From Octopus sinensis (taxonomy: Eukaryota), in the NCBI RefSeq assembly GCF_006345805.1, contig NC_043012.1, forward strand, positions 12,400,001 to 12,464,000: a DNA stretch of 64,000 nucleotides, given 5' to 3'. A program made the position numbers and the translations under genes. Under the pieces are notes generated by a model. The model was not told the origin of the DNA. It searched no databases and was given only the letters and a program-made list of their open reading frames with translations. Below, one piece after another: positions 1 through 12,034 of the stretch (position 1 is its first letter; each line of letters opens with the position of its first letter).

Positions 1-35
1 GAGAATTCCTTAACCACAGTCTGTGCCTAGTCATG

Positions 36-64
36 ATCTTTCTTTCTTTTTTCTTTCTTTCTCC

Positions 65-98
<34 letters not shown>

Positions 99-470
99 AT
101 CTTTCTTTCTTTCTATTTCCCTTCACCCTTTCCTTCTTCGTTCCTTTCCTTCCTTCCTTCGTTCCTTGCTTGCTTCCTTCCTTCCCGTTCTTCATTCTTT
201 TTTCCTTCCGATTTTTCTTCGGTTCTGTCTTTCTTTCTCTTTTTCTATCTTTCTTCCGCTCTATTTCCTTCCTTCCCTATTTCATTCATCTATTCTTTCT
301 TTCATTTTTTCCTTCTGTCCTTCCTTCCTTTCTTCCACACATCCATCCATCTATCCATCCATCCTTCCCTCTTGCCTTCCTTTTCTTTCTTCCTTCCTTC
401 CTTCCTTCCTTCCTTCCTTCCTTCCTTCATTCATTCATTCAATATCTATCATTCATTGCCACGAAATGTT
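36..470. repeat. Pyrimidine-rich compound simple repeat (TTTC/CCTT/CATC/CATT)n, intronic in VGLUT
   Basis: Runs of tttc, cctt, catc and catt read directly. The F/L/S/P-rich ORFs here are artefacts. Confidence 0.95.
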
Positions 471-584
471 GCTTCCTTCGGTTGTCAACATTGGTATTTA
501 GGATTCCGATCACGTGCCATCACACGTTGCAAAGAGCGAAATGTAACCGGAATGTCAACATGATTACTTAGCACGGTTTATAAC

Positions 585-1110
585 GTCTTCTTCTTCTTCT
601 CCTTCTTCTTCTTCTCCTTCTTCTTCTTCTCCTTCTTCTTCTTCTTCTACTTCTTCTTCTTTTTCTTTTTCTTTTTCTTCTTCTTCTTCTTCTACTTTTT
701 CTTTTTTCTTCTCTCTTCTTCTTTCTTCTTCTTCTCCTCCTTTTCCCCCCATTCCTCCCAGTTTTCTTCTTCTTCTTCTTCTTCTTCTTCTTCTTCTTCT
801 TCTCCTCCTCCTTTTTCCCCCATTCCTCCCCAGTTCTTCTTCTTCTTCTTCTTCTTCTTCGTTTTCCTCTTCTTCTTCTTCTTCTTTTTCTTTTTCTTCT
901 TCTTCTTCTTCTTCTTCTTCTTCTCCTCTTCTACTTCTTCTTCTTCTTCTTCTTCTCCTCCTTTTTCCCCCATTCCTCCCCAGTTCTTCTTCTTCTTCTT
1001 CTTCTTCTTCTTCTCCTCCTTTTTCCCCCATTCCTCCCCAGTTCTTCTTCTTCTTCTTCTTCTTCTTCTTCTTCTTCTTCTTCTTCTTCTTCTTCTTCTT
1101 CTTCTTCTTG
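585..1110. repeat. (TTC)n tract with an embedded ~30-nt higher-order unit (cctcct[c]tttttcccccattcctccccagtt) repeated 4 times
   Basis: Unit seen at about 735, 805, 955 and 1015, between pure TTC runs. Confidence 0.95.
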
Positions 1111-1677
1111 CTGCTGCTACCCTTATTATTGCTCTTACCATCATTAGTAATGTTTTTCATCGATCTCCAAGTCCATGCATTGTTGTTATTGGCACTATTC
1201 TTTCAATATTACATTTTAAAGTCTAAATGTTAACTTTCCCTTCCAATCGATCGCTGCCGAGAAATCGAACGTCTCTATCTCTTCTTCATAATTTCATTCT
1301 CTCTCTCTCTCCCTCTCTCACCCCTCTCTCTCTCCCTCTCTCACCCCTCTCTCTCGCCGTCTCCGTCTTTCTCGCTCTCTCCGCCCTCTCACTCTCTCAC
1401 TTTTAAGAAAAGTATAGGAGACTATTGAAAAGGTCAATTGATTCGGATTTTTTCTTACAAGAAATCATAAAACAAACCAAAATCACCCGTTTTGTATGTC
1501 TATTAGTATCATTATTGATTATTTTCGCTTTATCTATAGCGTACATAAACATATTCAGATTTTCAGGCAAAAGTGGTGTGGGAGAGATTTTCGAATGATT
1601 GACATCCATGGTGTGAAAAAAGGCAGGAAAAAAAAATCATTAACATATCGCTGCAAGTGTCTTTGTGGTTTTTTTCC

Positions 1678-1806
1678 CAGTCACTTTGTTCCGGGTTCAG
1701 TCACACTATAGAAACTTGGACAAGTGTCTTTTACTGTAGCCCGAGGCCGACCAAATCTTTAAGAGTCGATTTGGTAGGCCGACAGTGTAAGCAGCCCGTC
1801 GTATGT
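1678..1806 (+). mobile_element. Partial tRNA-derived SINE (family B, 5' part)
   Basis: gttccgggttcagtcacact...caagtgtctttt...ggccgaccaaa aligns by eye with the near-full copies at 44280-44696 and 3101-3519. Confidence 0.75.
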
Positions 1807-2094
1807 ATGCTAGAAAATTAAAATAGGTATGATTATAATTCGGTAAATTCCTCTAGCCAATAGTGTACTGAGTCAGGATTGACGTGCTACTGGGCAACAA
1901 TAATAACAAAATATAATTATAAACCATCCTACTCTCAGAGATGGAGAATGCAAAAGACAGATACTGCAGAGATGGCGGATGCAAAAACCTTCTAAAACAC
2001 ACAGTGGAAGTGTAACAAAATATAAATAATATTGGTACTTTTATTGATAATTTTATAATTCTATATCATTAATACTATTCTTTTTATGTGCCAG

Positions 2095-2222
2095 GTTTTA
2101 ACGTTAACCATCTTGATATCGCACCTCGTTACGCTAGTATACTCATGGGTTTGTCAAACGGTGTTGGAACATTATCTGGCATGTTATGTCCTCCAATTAC
2201 TGAGATGTTAACCAAAATACCG
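2095..2222 (+). CDS. VGLUT: Vesicular glutamate transporter (SLC17A6/7/8-like), penultimate coding exon
   Basis: Acceptor tgtgccag|G and donor CCG|gtatgt; 128 nt, phase 1 to phase 0. Translates [43 protein letters not shown], nearly identical to the VGLUT signature [33 protein letters not shown]. Confidence 0.97.
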
Positions 2223-2409
2223 GTATGTACATTCGTTTCTTTCTTTGCTTAACGTTCTGGAATACTTCTGGTGTGCTGATGTTGTAGTTATTAATGATGA
2301 TGATGACGACGATGATGATGACAGTGGTGGAGTTGGTGATGTTGGTTGTGTTGGTGATTATATTATGAACAACTGATATTCTTCTTCTTGTTCTTCTTAA
2401 TCCTTTTTG

Positions 2410-2696
2410 CCCCTTGTGGACCAGTGGGCCTCAACAAGAGGTTTCCTTGGCGTATAGGTTCCACACCTGGACGGGACACCGGTCCGTCGCAGGTGAGCTG
2501 CAAGATGCAGGAGGAAAGAGTGAGAGAAAGTTGTGGCGAAAGTGTCAGCATAAGTTCGTCATTACCTTCTGCCGGAGCCGCGTGGAGCTTAGGTGTTTTC
2601 GCTCAAAAATGCAGACACATCACACGGTCTGAGATTCAAAGCCGTGATCCTTCGACCGCGAGTCCGCTGCTCTGACCACTAGGCCATGTGCCTCCA
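2410..2696 (-). mobile_element. tRNA-derived SINE (family C)
   Basis: Reverse complement begins ggaggcacatggcctagtggtcagagcagcggactcgcggtcgaaggatcacggctttgaatctc (A/B-box-like). Related copies at 28390-28587 and 60385-60546. Confidence 0.85.
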
Positions 2697-3100
2697 CATG
2701 ATCAACTGATATAGTGTATGATAATTAATAATTCTTCGAAATTCGAAAATAAGTTTGGTATTGCTGATGATGTACCCTTCATTTAAGCCAGTGACAGTGT
2801 GTTCAGCAAAATTTAATGGATATTTCTTGGGAATACCACGTTGTGTATTATTTTATTCGGTTTGGGATGTAATTGTGTGAAATATATGATTGTAACTTAT
2901 AATTCGATTGTGAATATATCAAGTTTGTTTTTCAGTATGTCATGTTATTAATAGGTCGTGATAAAATATAAATTGTATGAATTATGCAGAGAATATACCC
3001 TATGAGTTGTGGTACTGACACGAACATATTTGTATGGGGTAGACTGTGCCTTGGAGAGAGATTTTCTTGGAGGTGGAAAACCTGATGTGGATTTTGAAGT

Positions 3101-3519
3101 TTTACTCTTTTCCTTTACTCTTTTACTTGTTTAAGCCATTTGACTGCGGCCATGCTGGAGTAACACCTTTAGTCGAGCAAATCGACCCCAGGACTTATTC
3201 TTTGAAAGCCTAGTACTTATTCTATCGGTCTATTTTGCCGAACCGCTAAGTTACGGGGACGTAAACGCACCAGCATCGGTTGTCACGCGATGTTGGGGGA
3301 CAAACACTGACACACAAACATACACACATATATATATATAATATACATATGTACCACAGGCTTCTTTCAGTTTCCGTCAACCAAATCCACTCACAAGGCT
3401 TTGGTCGGCCAAGAGGCTATAGCAGAAGACACTTGCCCTAGGTGCCACGGAGTGGGACTGAACGCGGAACCATGTGGTTGGTAAGCCAAGCTACTTACCA
3501 CACAGCCACTCCTGCGCCT
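3101..3519 (-). mobile_element. Near full-length tRNA-derived SINE (family B)
   Basis: Reverse complement closely matches 44280-44696, from aggcgcaggagtggctgtgtggtaag to gctccagcatggccgcagtcaaatg...acaagtaaaagag. Confidence 0.9.
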
Positions 3520-3732
3520 AATTTGTTCATAATTTTTATAACTCCGAGGTGGTTACAGTAATTTTACCACTAAGATACTGAGTTTCATTTAATCTGCCTA
3601 GTCCGCTTCGAACTTCTACTTAAGTTGATGATGTTGTGATTGGAGTTGATCTTGTTGATGGTGATGATGCTTTGTTAATATTCCCCTTCTTAGATACTGT
3701 AACTTAATTATGTGTTTCTTATTGAATTGCAG

Positions 3733-4014
3733 GATGTTAGCAGTTGGGAACACGTGTTTCTCATCGCAAGTATGGTACATTTCGGTGGTGTTATATTCTA
3801 CGCTATATTTGCATCAGGAGAATTACAACCGTGGGCTGAACCACCACCTGAAGACGAATGGAAACCAGAGGATACATTGAAAGGAGATTCCTATGACAAA
3901 ATGCCGGATTATGGAACTGTTAACGAAAACGGACCGGTGTATGAAACGAAGGAAGAGATGGTTCAGAGATATGCAAGACAACCTTCAGATGATTCGGAAC
4001 AAGAAAATTATTGA
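3733..4014 (+). CDS. VGLUT: Vesicular glutamate transporter, last coding exon (last TM helix and cytoplasmic tail)
   Basis: Acceptor ttgaattgcag|GAT, phase 0, compatible with the previous exon. [37 protein letters not shown] matches [36 protein letters not shown]. Stop TGA at 4012-4014. Confidence 0.97.
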   Translation, partial: DVSSWEHVFLIASMVHFGGVIFYAIFASGELQPWAEPPPEDEWKPEDTLKGDSYDKMPDYGTVNENGPVYETKEEMVQRYARQPSDDSEQENY

Positions 4015-4216
4015 TATCTCAGAATTTTATCGAATTCTTTTTTGATTTTGTTTACAAAGATTTTCCCCAAATTTGTTGAATTTTATTTAATTTTTGTTTA
4101 AATTTGCTACTGAGAAAAGGCAACAATATGTACTCGTTTATATACATACATGCAAACTCATGTAACGACAATTGCTACACTGTATGTGAGAACACGCTAG
4201 CATGTATATGCGATAT

Positions 4217-4267
<51 letters not shown>

Positions 4268-5089
4268 CCATATATATATACATACATACCTATATATGTA
4301 ATATATGATATATATATACACATCTGTATAAATAATATGATATATATATATATATGTATATATGTGAATATATATACTTATGTATACATATATTTATAAA
4401 ACTATACATACATAATTCTACATAAATGTACATGTAGAGGCATCTAGGTATATATGTGTAAATGTATATGTATGTATGACTAGAGACCTGTATATATACA
4501 TATGTATATATGAATGTACAAATGTAAGTGCACATATCATATTTGCAATTACACAATCTATGCATAATGTATATAATGTATGCATGAATATGAATATATA
4601 CAATAGTAAATATAAATATATATGTGTGTGTGTGTGTATGTGTGTGCTTGTATGTATACGTATATACATGTATATACGCATCCGTATGTATACATACATA
4701 GATATATATATATGGATATATATATATATATATATATATGCATTCCCAGAGAGGGAGAGAGGGAGAGAAAGGGGAGAAGGTGAGAAAATATGACGGAAGG
4801 AGAGAAAGGGACACACAAATGTATATGATATATATCATGTTGCTGGTGTACAATGTTCTATGAGTGTATATAAATCTGCCATGCTGTGTGTATGTATATC
4901 AGAGGAACTATATTACATAATGCCTTATGATCTACAAGTTTATTATTGGTGCCATCGTAAAATGAAAAAAAAAGAACAAAAATAACAAAACAGATGAGTT
5001 ACAAAAATGAAAAAAAAAATCTTAAAAAAAACAAGCCAAAACAAAACATCATTGTTTCTTCTTGACAGTGCTGCTGCTGCTGTTCTCGT

Positions 5090-5165
5090 TGTTGATGTTG
5101 TTGATGTTGTTTATATTGGTTATAATTTCGCTAATGAATGTAGGTGATGATAGTCTTGATGATGG

Positions 5166-5206
<41 letters not shown>

Positions 5207-5732
5207 TTGTTGGAGGTGGTCATGACGACGATGATGATGATGATGATAATGACAGTGGTGACGATGACGACGACAATGGTGTTAATGATGTCGTTGATTA
5301 TGATGATAATGATGATGATGATGATGATGATGAAGATGAAGATGATGCGGCCAAGAATGGCTGAGGATGGTGTATATATCATAATACTGATGACGTTACT
5401 AGATGTGTCGTTGATTGCTATGATGAGAGTGAGAGTGAGTAGGACCGTCTTGTTGTATACACCGAGATGGAGCGGAGGAGCGTAAATTGAAAAAATAATG
5501 ATGATGACTACGACGATGATGATGATGACGATGACGATGGTGATGTTGACGGTGGTCGTGGAAGTGGTAATAGTGAAGATAAATTCGATGAAAGCCATGA
5601 ACCCTCTCATCTCATTATTCCTATAATGATTGTCACTATGCGGTAGATGATAGAACGTATTTTAAAATTTTATTACATACTAATATGGAGAATAGTTGGC
5701 AAAATAATAATGATGTCGTTGATGATGAAAAC

Positions 5733-5799
<67 letters not shown>

Positions 5800-5800
5800 T
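5090..5800. repeat. (GAT/GAC)n and (TTA)n microsatellite block
   Basis: Direct reading. Poly-D, poly-M and poly-Y ORFs are artefacts. Confidence 0.9.
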
Positions 5801-5998
5801 AGGCGCCGAGCTTGCAGACTTTTTAGCACGCTGGACAAAATGCTTAGAGGCGTTTCGTCTGTCTTCGCTTTCTGAGTTCTAACTCCTCCGAGGTCGAAAA
5901 ATAAAATAAAGCTCCAGTGAAGTCGAAGTAATCGATTCTTCCCTCCCCGAAAATTTCAGGCCTTGTAACTACCGAAGAAAAGATTATTATTATTATTA

Positions 5999-6063
<65 letters not shown>

Positions 6064-6593
6064 ATTATTATGATTATTATTGAGCAGAATAATATTCGTT
6101 TCAGTTATATAATAATTATCATTATTAATATTGTCATTTATTATTAAAGGCGGCGTAAGGCTGCGACATCACAGGGACGATCAGACGCCGGACAAACTGT
6201 TTAGTGACATTTCGTCTGTTTTTAAGTTCTGAATTAAAATTCATTCGAGCCCGGCCTTGGCTTCCCTTCTGCCGGGTGATGGGGGTAATCAAATAAGGAG
6301 CAGCTAAGCACTGGAGTCGACTCATTCAACAACACCATACCCCAAAATGACAGGGCCTCGTGCCTATAATAGAAACGATGAGCATCCAAGAGTGTTAGCA
6401 TGGCATATACAATTCTTAGCAGCATCTCATCCGTCTCTTTACATTCCGAGTTCGAATTCCACCAAGGTCGAATTTGCCTTTGAAGTTTTTGGTGGGGCTG
6501 ATAAAATAATACCAATCAAGTACTGGGGTCGATATGATCAATTTATCAAGCCCACTTCTCGTATAGCTGGCCTTGTGCCAAATTTGAAACCAG
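5801..6593 (+). mobile_element. Cluster of three diverged same-strand SINE copies (family A; about 5801-5972, 6147-6372, 6380-6593)
   Basis: Each contains a variant of ttcgtctgtctt..ttctgagttcaaat...cactggggtcgat...ggccttgtgcc. The first two are separated by (TTA)n. Confidence 0.75.
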
Positions 6594-6617
6594 TATTGTT
6601 AAAAGAAAATTATTATA

Positions 6618-6670
<53 letters not shown>

Positions 6671-6694
6671 TATTATTATTATTATATTATTATA

Positions 6695-6739
<45 letters not shown>

Positions 6740-7167
6740 TATTATTATTACTACTACTACTATTATTGTTGTTGTTGTTTTTAGTTTTATTATTTAGTAA
6801 ACACAAAATGGCTCAATATAAGTATTTTGTAAAATTAGTGTTCATGACAATATAACCACAACGATTATAAGAGTGACGAAATGGCAAACACAAGCGACAA
6901 GCATGTACAAAAATATTACAACGATAGCAACAGATGGAACCATTATAATATCTATGAGGACGTTGATAATGATATTCAAAAAAGAAGCGAGCTGAGAATC
7001 GAGCATATTTTTGAGATTAGGTTATAAACATTTAAAAAAAAATTATTTCCGTAATTTCAAATTGTTCATCAAATCATTTTTTATTGTTCAATCAAAATGT
7101 ATTAGCTTGTGTTTAGGTGTGTGCATTTTACGCATGCGTTTCTTGTATACATAGATACATGTATTAA

Positions 7168-7239
<72 letters not shown>

Positions 7240-7618
7240 ATAAGATCGTTAATTTAAAATTAAAATAACGATTTTATAAAGTGGTCAGCATGGAATAAAT
7301 ATCTTCAAAGGTAATAATTATTAAAATTATGAATTAGGGTATCTGCGAGATACCACCATGCTGAAAATAGCAACCATGATCTGATTTAAAACACACCTAA
7401 ATGTCCATATATCAACACGGAGAGAAAACAAAGAGACAAGATGAAACTAGTAAAATTATCCAGTAATTTTTTACTGGTTTCATCTTGTCTTTATATATAT
7501 ATTATATATATATATATATATATAATATATAAATATTTTATATATACACATATACATGTGAGTGTATGACTGTATGTTTATATATATTTATTTACACATA
7601 TTCACATATAGTTCCAGT

Positions 7619-7669
<51 letters not shown>

Positions 7670-8224
7670 AATATGGGTTAGTAGTATGTATGTCTCCATC
7701 TTTATGTCAATCTTGTTGTTTATGTGTCCCTGTATCTCTTTGTATTTATATATCTATCTATGATTGTGAATGCTTGGAATGTAGTTTAATATCTCAGGGG
7801 CCTATAGGTATATCGTTCGTTTAAGTGAAGTATACCCTTATACATACAATACATACATGCATACAAACATACGTATATATCTGCGTGTGAGCGTGTGTGT
7901 GCTTGTGCGTGCATTTGTGTGTTTATCAGATACACTTTATCAAACTTTTTATTTCCTATCAATTGTGATTTCGTGTCACAGAGTAATAAACGAAACTACA
8001 GACGAAGTAACTAATTTTGGTGCTGTGCTATTTTGATGTAGAGTCATTCCATTTTTTTCCCGTTTTATTTCATATTCTTGGAATTCTCCTTCGTCGTTAT
8101 TTGTTGCGCCCTCTGACGCAGAATTCTCGCGGAAATACTCATTTCATTTTCGTCTTGCAAATACTAACCATTGTCGCAGCATTTTCATCAAATATTTGAT
8201 GGAAGAAAGATAGGCAGCATATGT

Positions 8225-8259
<35 letters not shown>

Positions 8260-8348
8260 CATATATATATATATACATACATATATATATATATACATAT
8301 ATATATATACATACATATATATATTATATATATATATATGTATGTATG

Positions 8349-8379
<31 letters not shown>

Positions 8380-9294
8380 ATATGGAGATATATATATATA
8401 TACTTATATTATATATGTACATATATATTTATATACACACACGCACATATATACACCTCCATATACATATATATGTATATGTATAAATATATGTGTGTAT
8501 ATGTTGGTGTGTGTGTGCATGGTATGTGCGTCTGTGTGTGTGTATGTGTATGTGAGCGCTAGTATTTGTCTGTGTGTGTGTGTGTGTATTTCTGTTCCAC
8601 ACAATACTATGTATGTTTTGTTTTCATGTCGACAATCAGGATCTGATTGTTTACTGTTTATTTATATACATTGTTTTATCCACGCTTTAAATCGCAGTTG
8701 ACGGCCATGCATGCACTTACACTTACCTGTATATACTCGGGCAAATTTATATATACATATATATATACATTTATATTTATGTATAATTTATATATATATA
8801 TGTATGCATATATAGTACCCCAGCGTAGCAACAGTCTCGCTTACTGAGAAGCAACAGATGAAATACATATATATGCATGCATATATATATATATATGTGT
8901 GCGTGTGTGTGTGTGTTTGTTTATGTATATATACATATATATTATGTGTGTGTATACATGTATGTAGGTAACTATTTATATATGTATATAGCTTAAAGTA
9001 ACTTTATACGCGCTTTCACACTGAAATTGAATTTATCTTTATTTTTTGCGGCCCTGATAAAAATATATATACCAGTCCAGTACTGTTGTCGATTTGATTA
9101 CAACATTTCTTTTATGTGATTCATTATTCCCCATGATTCCAAAATAGAAATATAATCTTTACAATGATATAAAAAATTCTTTATTATGCTATTCTCTTTT
9201 TCTTCCTAGGGTTTTTCCTGAGCGCATTAATAATTATCGGCTATTTGGGTATTTCTATATCATTTGGGAATGATCGCGTTCTAACGATATGCAA

Positions 9295-9834
9295 TTATCC
9301 ACAGTTTAATCCATATTTATTTGTAAAATTATGTCCTTTTATTAGGGATGCATAATATAATTTTGAATTAAAAATGAATCCTAGGAGTGCATGGACCTGT
9401 AATTGGACAAATTGCACGAGAGTTACGGTTACATTACATGTTCGATGTTTTTTCAATACAACTCTATAACACCCACCGCAGTACTCAAATTTTCTAAATG
9501 GTCTTTTTACCACATTGAGAGAACTTTTCATATCATGATTTCCTAATGAAATCAGCTCTGTAAACCGCTCTGCAGTGTCCATAAATGAGATGAAATACCA
9601 TAATTGTTCTGCCTGATTCTCATACAAAGTAAATTTAAAATTGATTATGCTCCCTTTATGCTCAGATATAAAATCCAGCCAATATTTAGTTTCCTCTCCG
9701 GTACTACGAAGTTTATTAAAAAATAAATAGTAAATATGATGTCGTTTTAAGTGATGTATAAGTGAAACGTGATTGAGATTCTTACGGCATCTGACAGTTG
9801 GAACTAAAATGGCTTCTTGCCGCATATTCTGCAA
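9295..9834 (-). CDS. Candidate terminal exon of an unidentified gene (180 codons, non-repetitive)
   Basis: The ORF opens exactly at acceptor attttgtatag|TTG CAG AAT ATG, runs 540 nt without microsatellite to TAA, and AATAAA lies at 9185-9180, about 110 nt past the stop. No confident homologue recognised. Confidence 0.55.
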   Translation of the reverse strand: MQNMRQEAILVPTVRCRKNLNHVSLIHHLKRHHIYYLFFNKLRSTGEETKYWLDFISEHKGSIINFKFTLYENQAEQLWYFISFMDTAERFTELISLGNHDMKSSLNVVKRPFRKFEYCGGCYRVVLKKHRTCNVTVTLVQFVQLQVHALLGFIFNSKLYYASLIKGHNFTNKYGLNCG

Positions 9835-10141
9835 CTATACAAAATATTAATTAATAATTTAGCAAGTGATTAAAATTTTTGCTAGAGACATATTCCATGA
9901 TGTCCACATTAGAGATTTAAATTGTATCCGATACACATATTTCGAGTCTTGACGGAATCGAATTTTGCTGTTTTATGAGGAATCAATAATAACAATTAAA
10001 AACAAGTATTACATTTTACCTCATGCATTGTAAATTCAAACTGACGAACTACAATATGATGGTTCCAGATATTATAGATATCTTTAGCATACTACTTGTA
10101 CCCTCTCTCGCTCCCCCATTATCCCCTCTCTCTCACTATAT

Positions 10142-10195
<54 letters not shown>

Positions 10196-10199
10196 TATC

Positions 10200-10236
<37 letters not shown>

Positions 10237-10470
10237 GTATATATGTATATTTATCTTTCTGTGTACCTAATTTTGTGTATATGTATATATACATGTGTGT
10301 GTGCGTATTTTTTTCAGTAGTTTCAACTCAGAGCTGTGGCCATGCTGATGCACCGCCATTTTGCTGCACTGTTATTACTGAGAGCCTCCCCTAATATGTG
10401 ACACAGCAAAATATGCTTCAACACACGAACTCACATAAAGAATCTTGCAAACCAAATCCCCAAACGAAAT

Positions 10471-11022
10471 ATATATATAAGGAAAATACAACAAGTGAGA
10501 AAATGCTAAAATAATTTTATCATGAAGAACATTTCGGTACCGGTTTCTGCAAAGCATGAAAATTAATTAAATTGTAGAAAATTTAAATGAAATGCTTTTA
10601 AAAATATTTCCATAGTTTTCAAATGAAAGGGACATTTTCCTCTTTTCTGCCTATCTCTGTCTCTCTTTTTTTATTCATGTGTGTTCTAGGTAGTGGGCAA
10701 TAGGTAGCCGTAGTCATGATATTTTTCAAAAACAAGAATTCATATCAAATAATAGGACTACTACTACCTGCTGCCCACGAATTAAAACACACATGAGTAA
10801 AAATGAGGGACAGATACAGAAAGAAAAAAGGAAAATGTACTTTCTATTTAGAAACAATGGAAATATTTTAAAATAACATTTCATTCAATTGACCCACAAT
10901 GTAATTGTTTTTCATGATTTACTCTAAGTTGAAAACGTTGCAAAGGCTGAAACCGGTACTAAAATGTTCTTCATAAAATTATTTTAGTATTCTCTCACTT
11001 CTCCAATTTCCCTTATACATAT
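10471..11022. repeat. Old imperfect fold-back element (~245-265-bp arms, 40-nt spacer) with relic hammerhead-like motifs
   Basis: 10471-10715 aligns with the reverse complement of 10756-11022 (for example aaataattttat..gaagaacattt..gtaccggtttc vs gaaaccggtactaaaatgttcttcataaaattatttt). Confidence 0.85.
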
Positions 11023-11050
11023 CAAATCGTATGTTCCTTTTCAGCCATAG

Positions 11051-11098
<48 letters not shown>

Positions 11099-11209
11099 AT
11101 ATTTACTAGTATGTATTTGAGTATATATGTATAATATATTAATATTTATATACATATATGTATACATAGACATAAATACATATCTGGATGTATATATGCG
11201 GTGTCTGTG

Positions 11210-11259
<50 letters not shown>

Positions 11260-12003
11260 AATCGCATGCGCATAATATAATGACATAACTATAATCTTTC
11301 TTTTTGGATTATCCTGAGGCATTTAACAGTGTGGCTATTGTTCACATGTTAACGTCTAACTGAAAATATTCGCAATAGAAAGATCATTATCACGACAATT
11401 CCAATGCAGTATCTGAACTCAACGACCCATATTATCTTGGGGATAAACAACGAATTTTTCTGTTGAGGCTTATTTTGTGCCATCTTGCACTACTTTAGCC
11501 CTCTGTAATTCAATGTTTGTCTCTACTAAATTGATTATTTATATGCATGGTTTACATAGCTTATACATATATATATATTATGGGGTAATATATTAAATTT
11601 TGCCTCTCCGCTTCAGAATTTGCCAAATTGGTTTTTCCTTCAGATTTAACAAGCCATTTAGATGAATACGGAGCAAAGGTTTAATTCATGTTCACCCCTC
11701 ATTTCCAACGACTATCTTCGTAATGTACTGTATACAATCGAGAAAAACATATTGATGTCGTTGTTGTTGTAACCGTCATTATTATTATTATTATTATTAT
11801 TATATTATTATTATTATTATTATTATATTATTATTATTAAAATTTCTTGATTTATATTCTGTTTCAAAAGACAATTTTGTTTTAAGTTTGATATGCACTG
11901 GTCCAAAGTAGCATAAAAATCAAGATACGCAAGGCACACAATGACAAATCACTTCAAAAACATAGACCACGTTTACATGTATGTATATTTGCATACATGT
12001 GTT

Positions 12004-12034
<31 letters not shown>

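Noticed and set aside
23-1160. Long ORFs (182, 176, 198 and 150 aa) in the first 1.2 kb
   Set aside because: They translate simple TTTC/CCTT/TTC repeats inside the VGLUT intron. No splice or homology support.
9210-9355. Plus-strand exon-like segment after a strong acceptor (GFFLSALIIIG...CNYPQFNPYLFVKLC...*), resembling a small secreted peptide
   Set aside because: It overlaps the better-supported minus ORF in antisense, has no upstream partner exon, and hydrophobic runs are common in AT-rich DNA.
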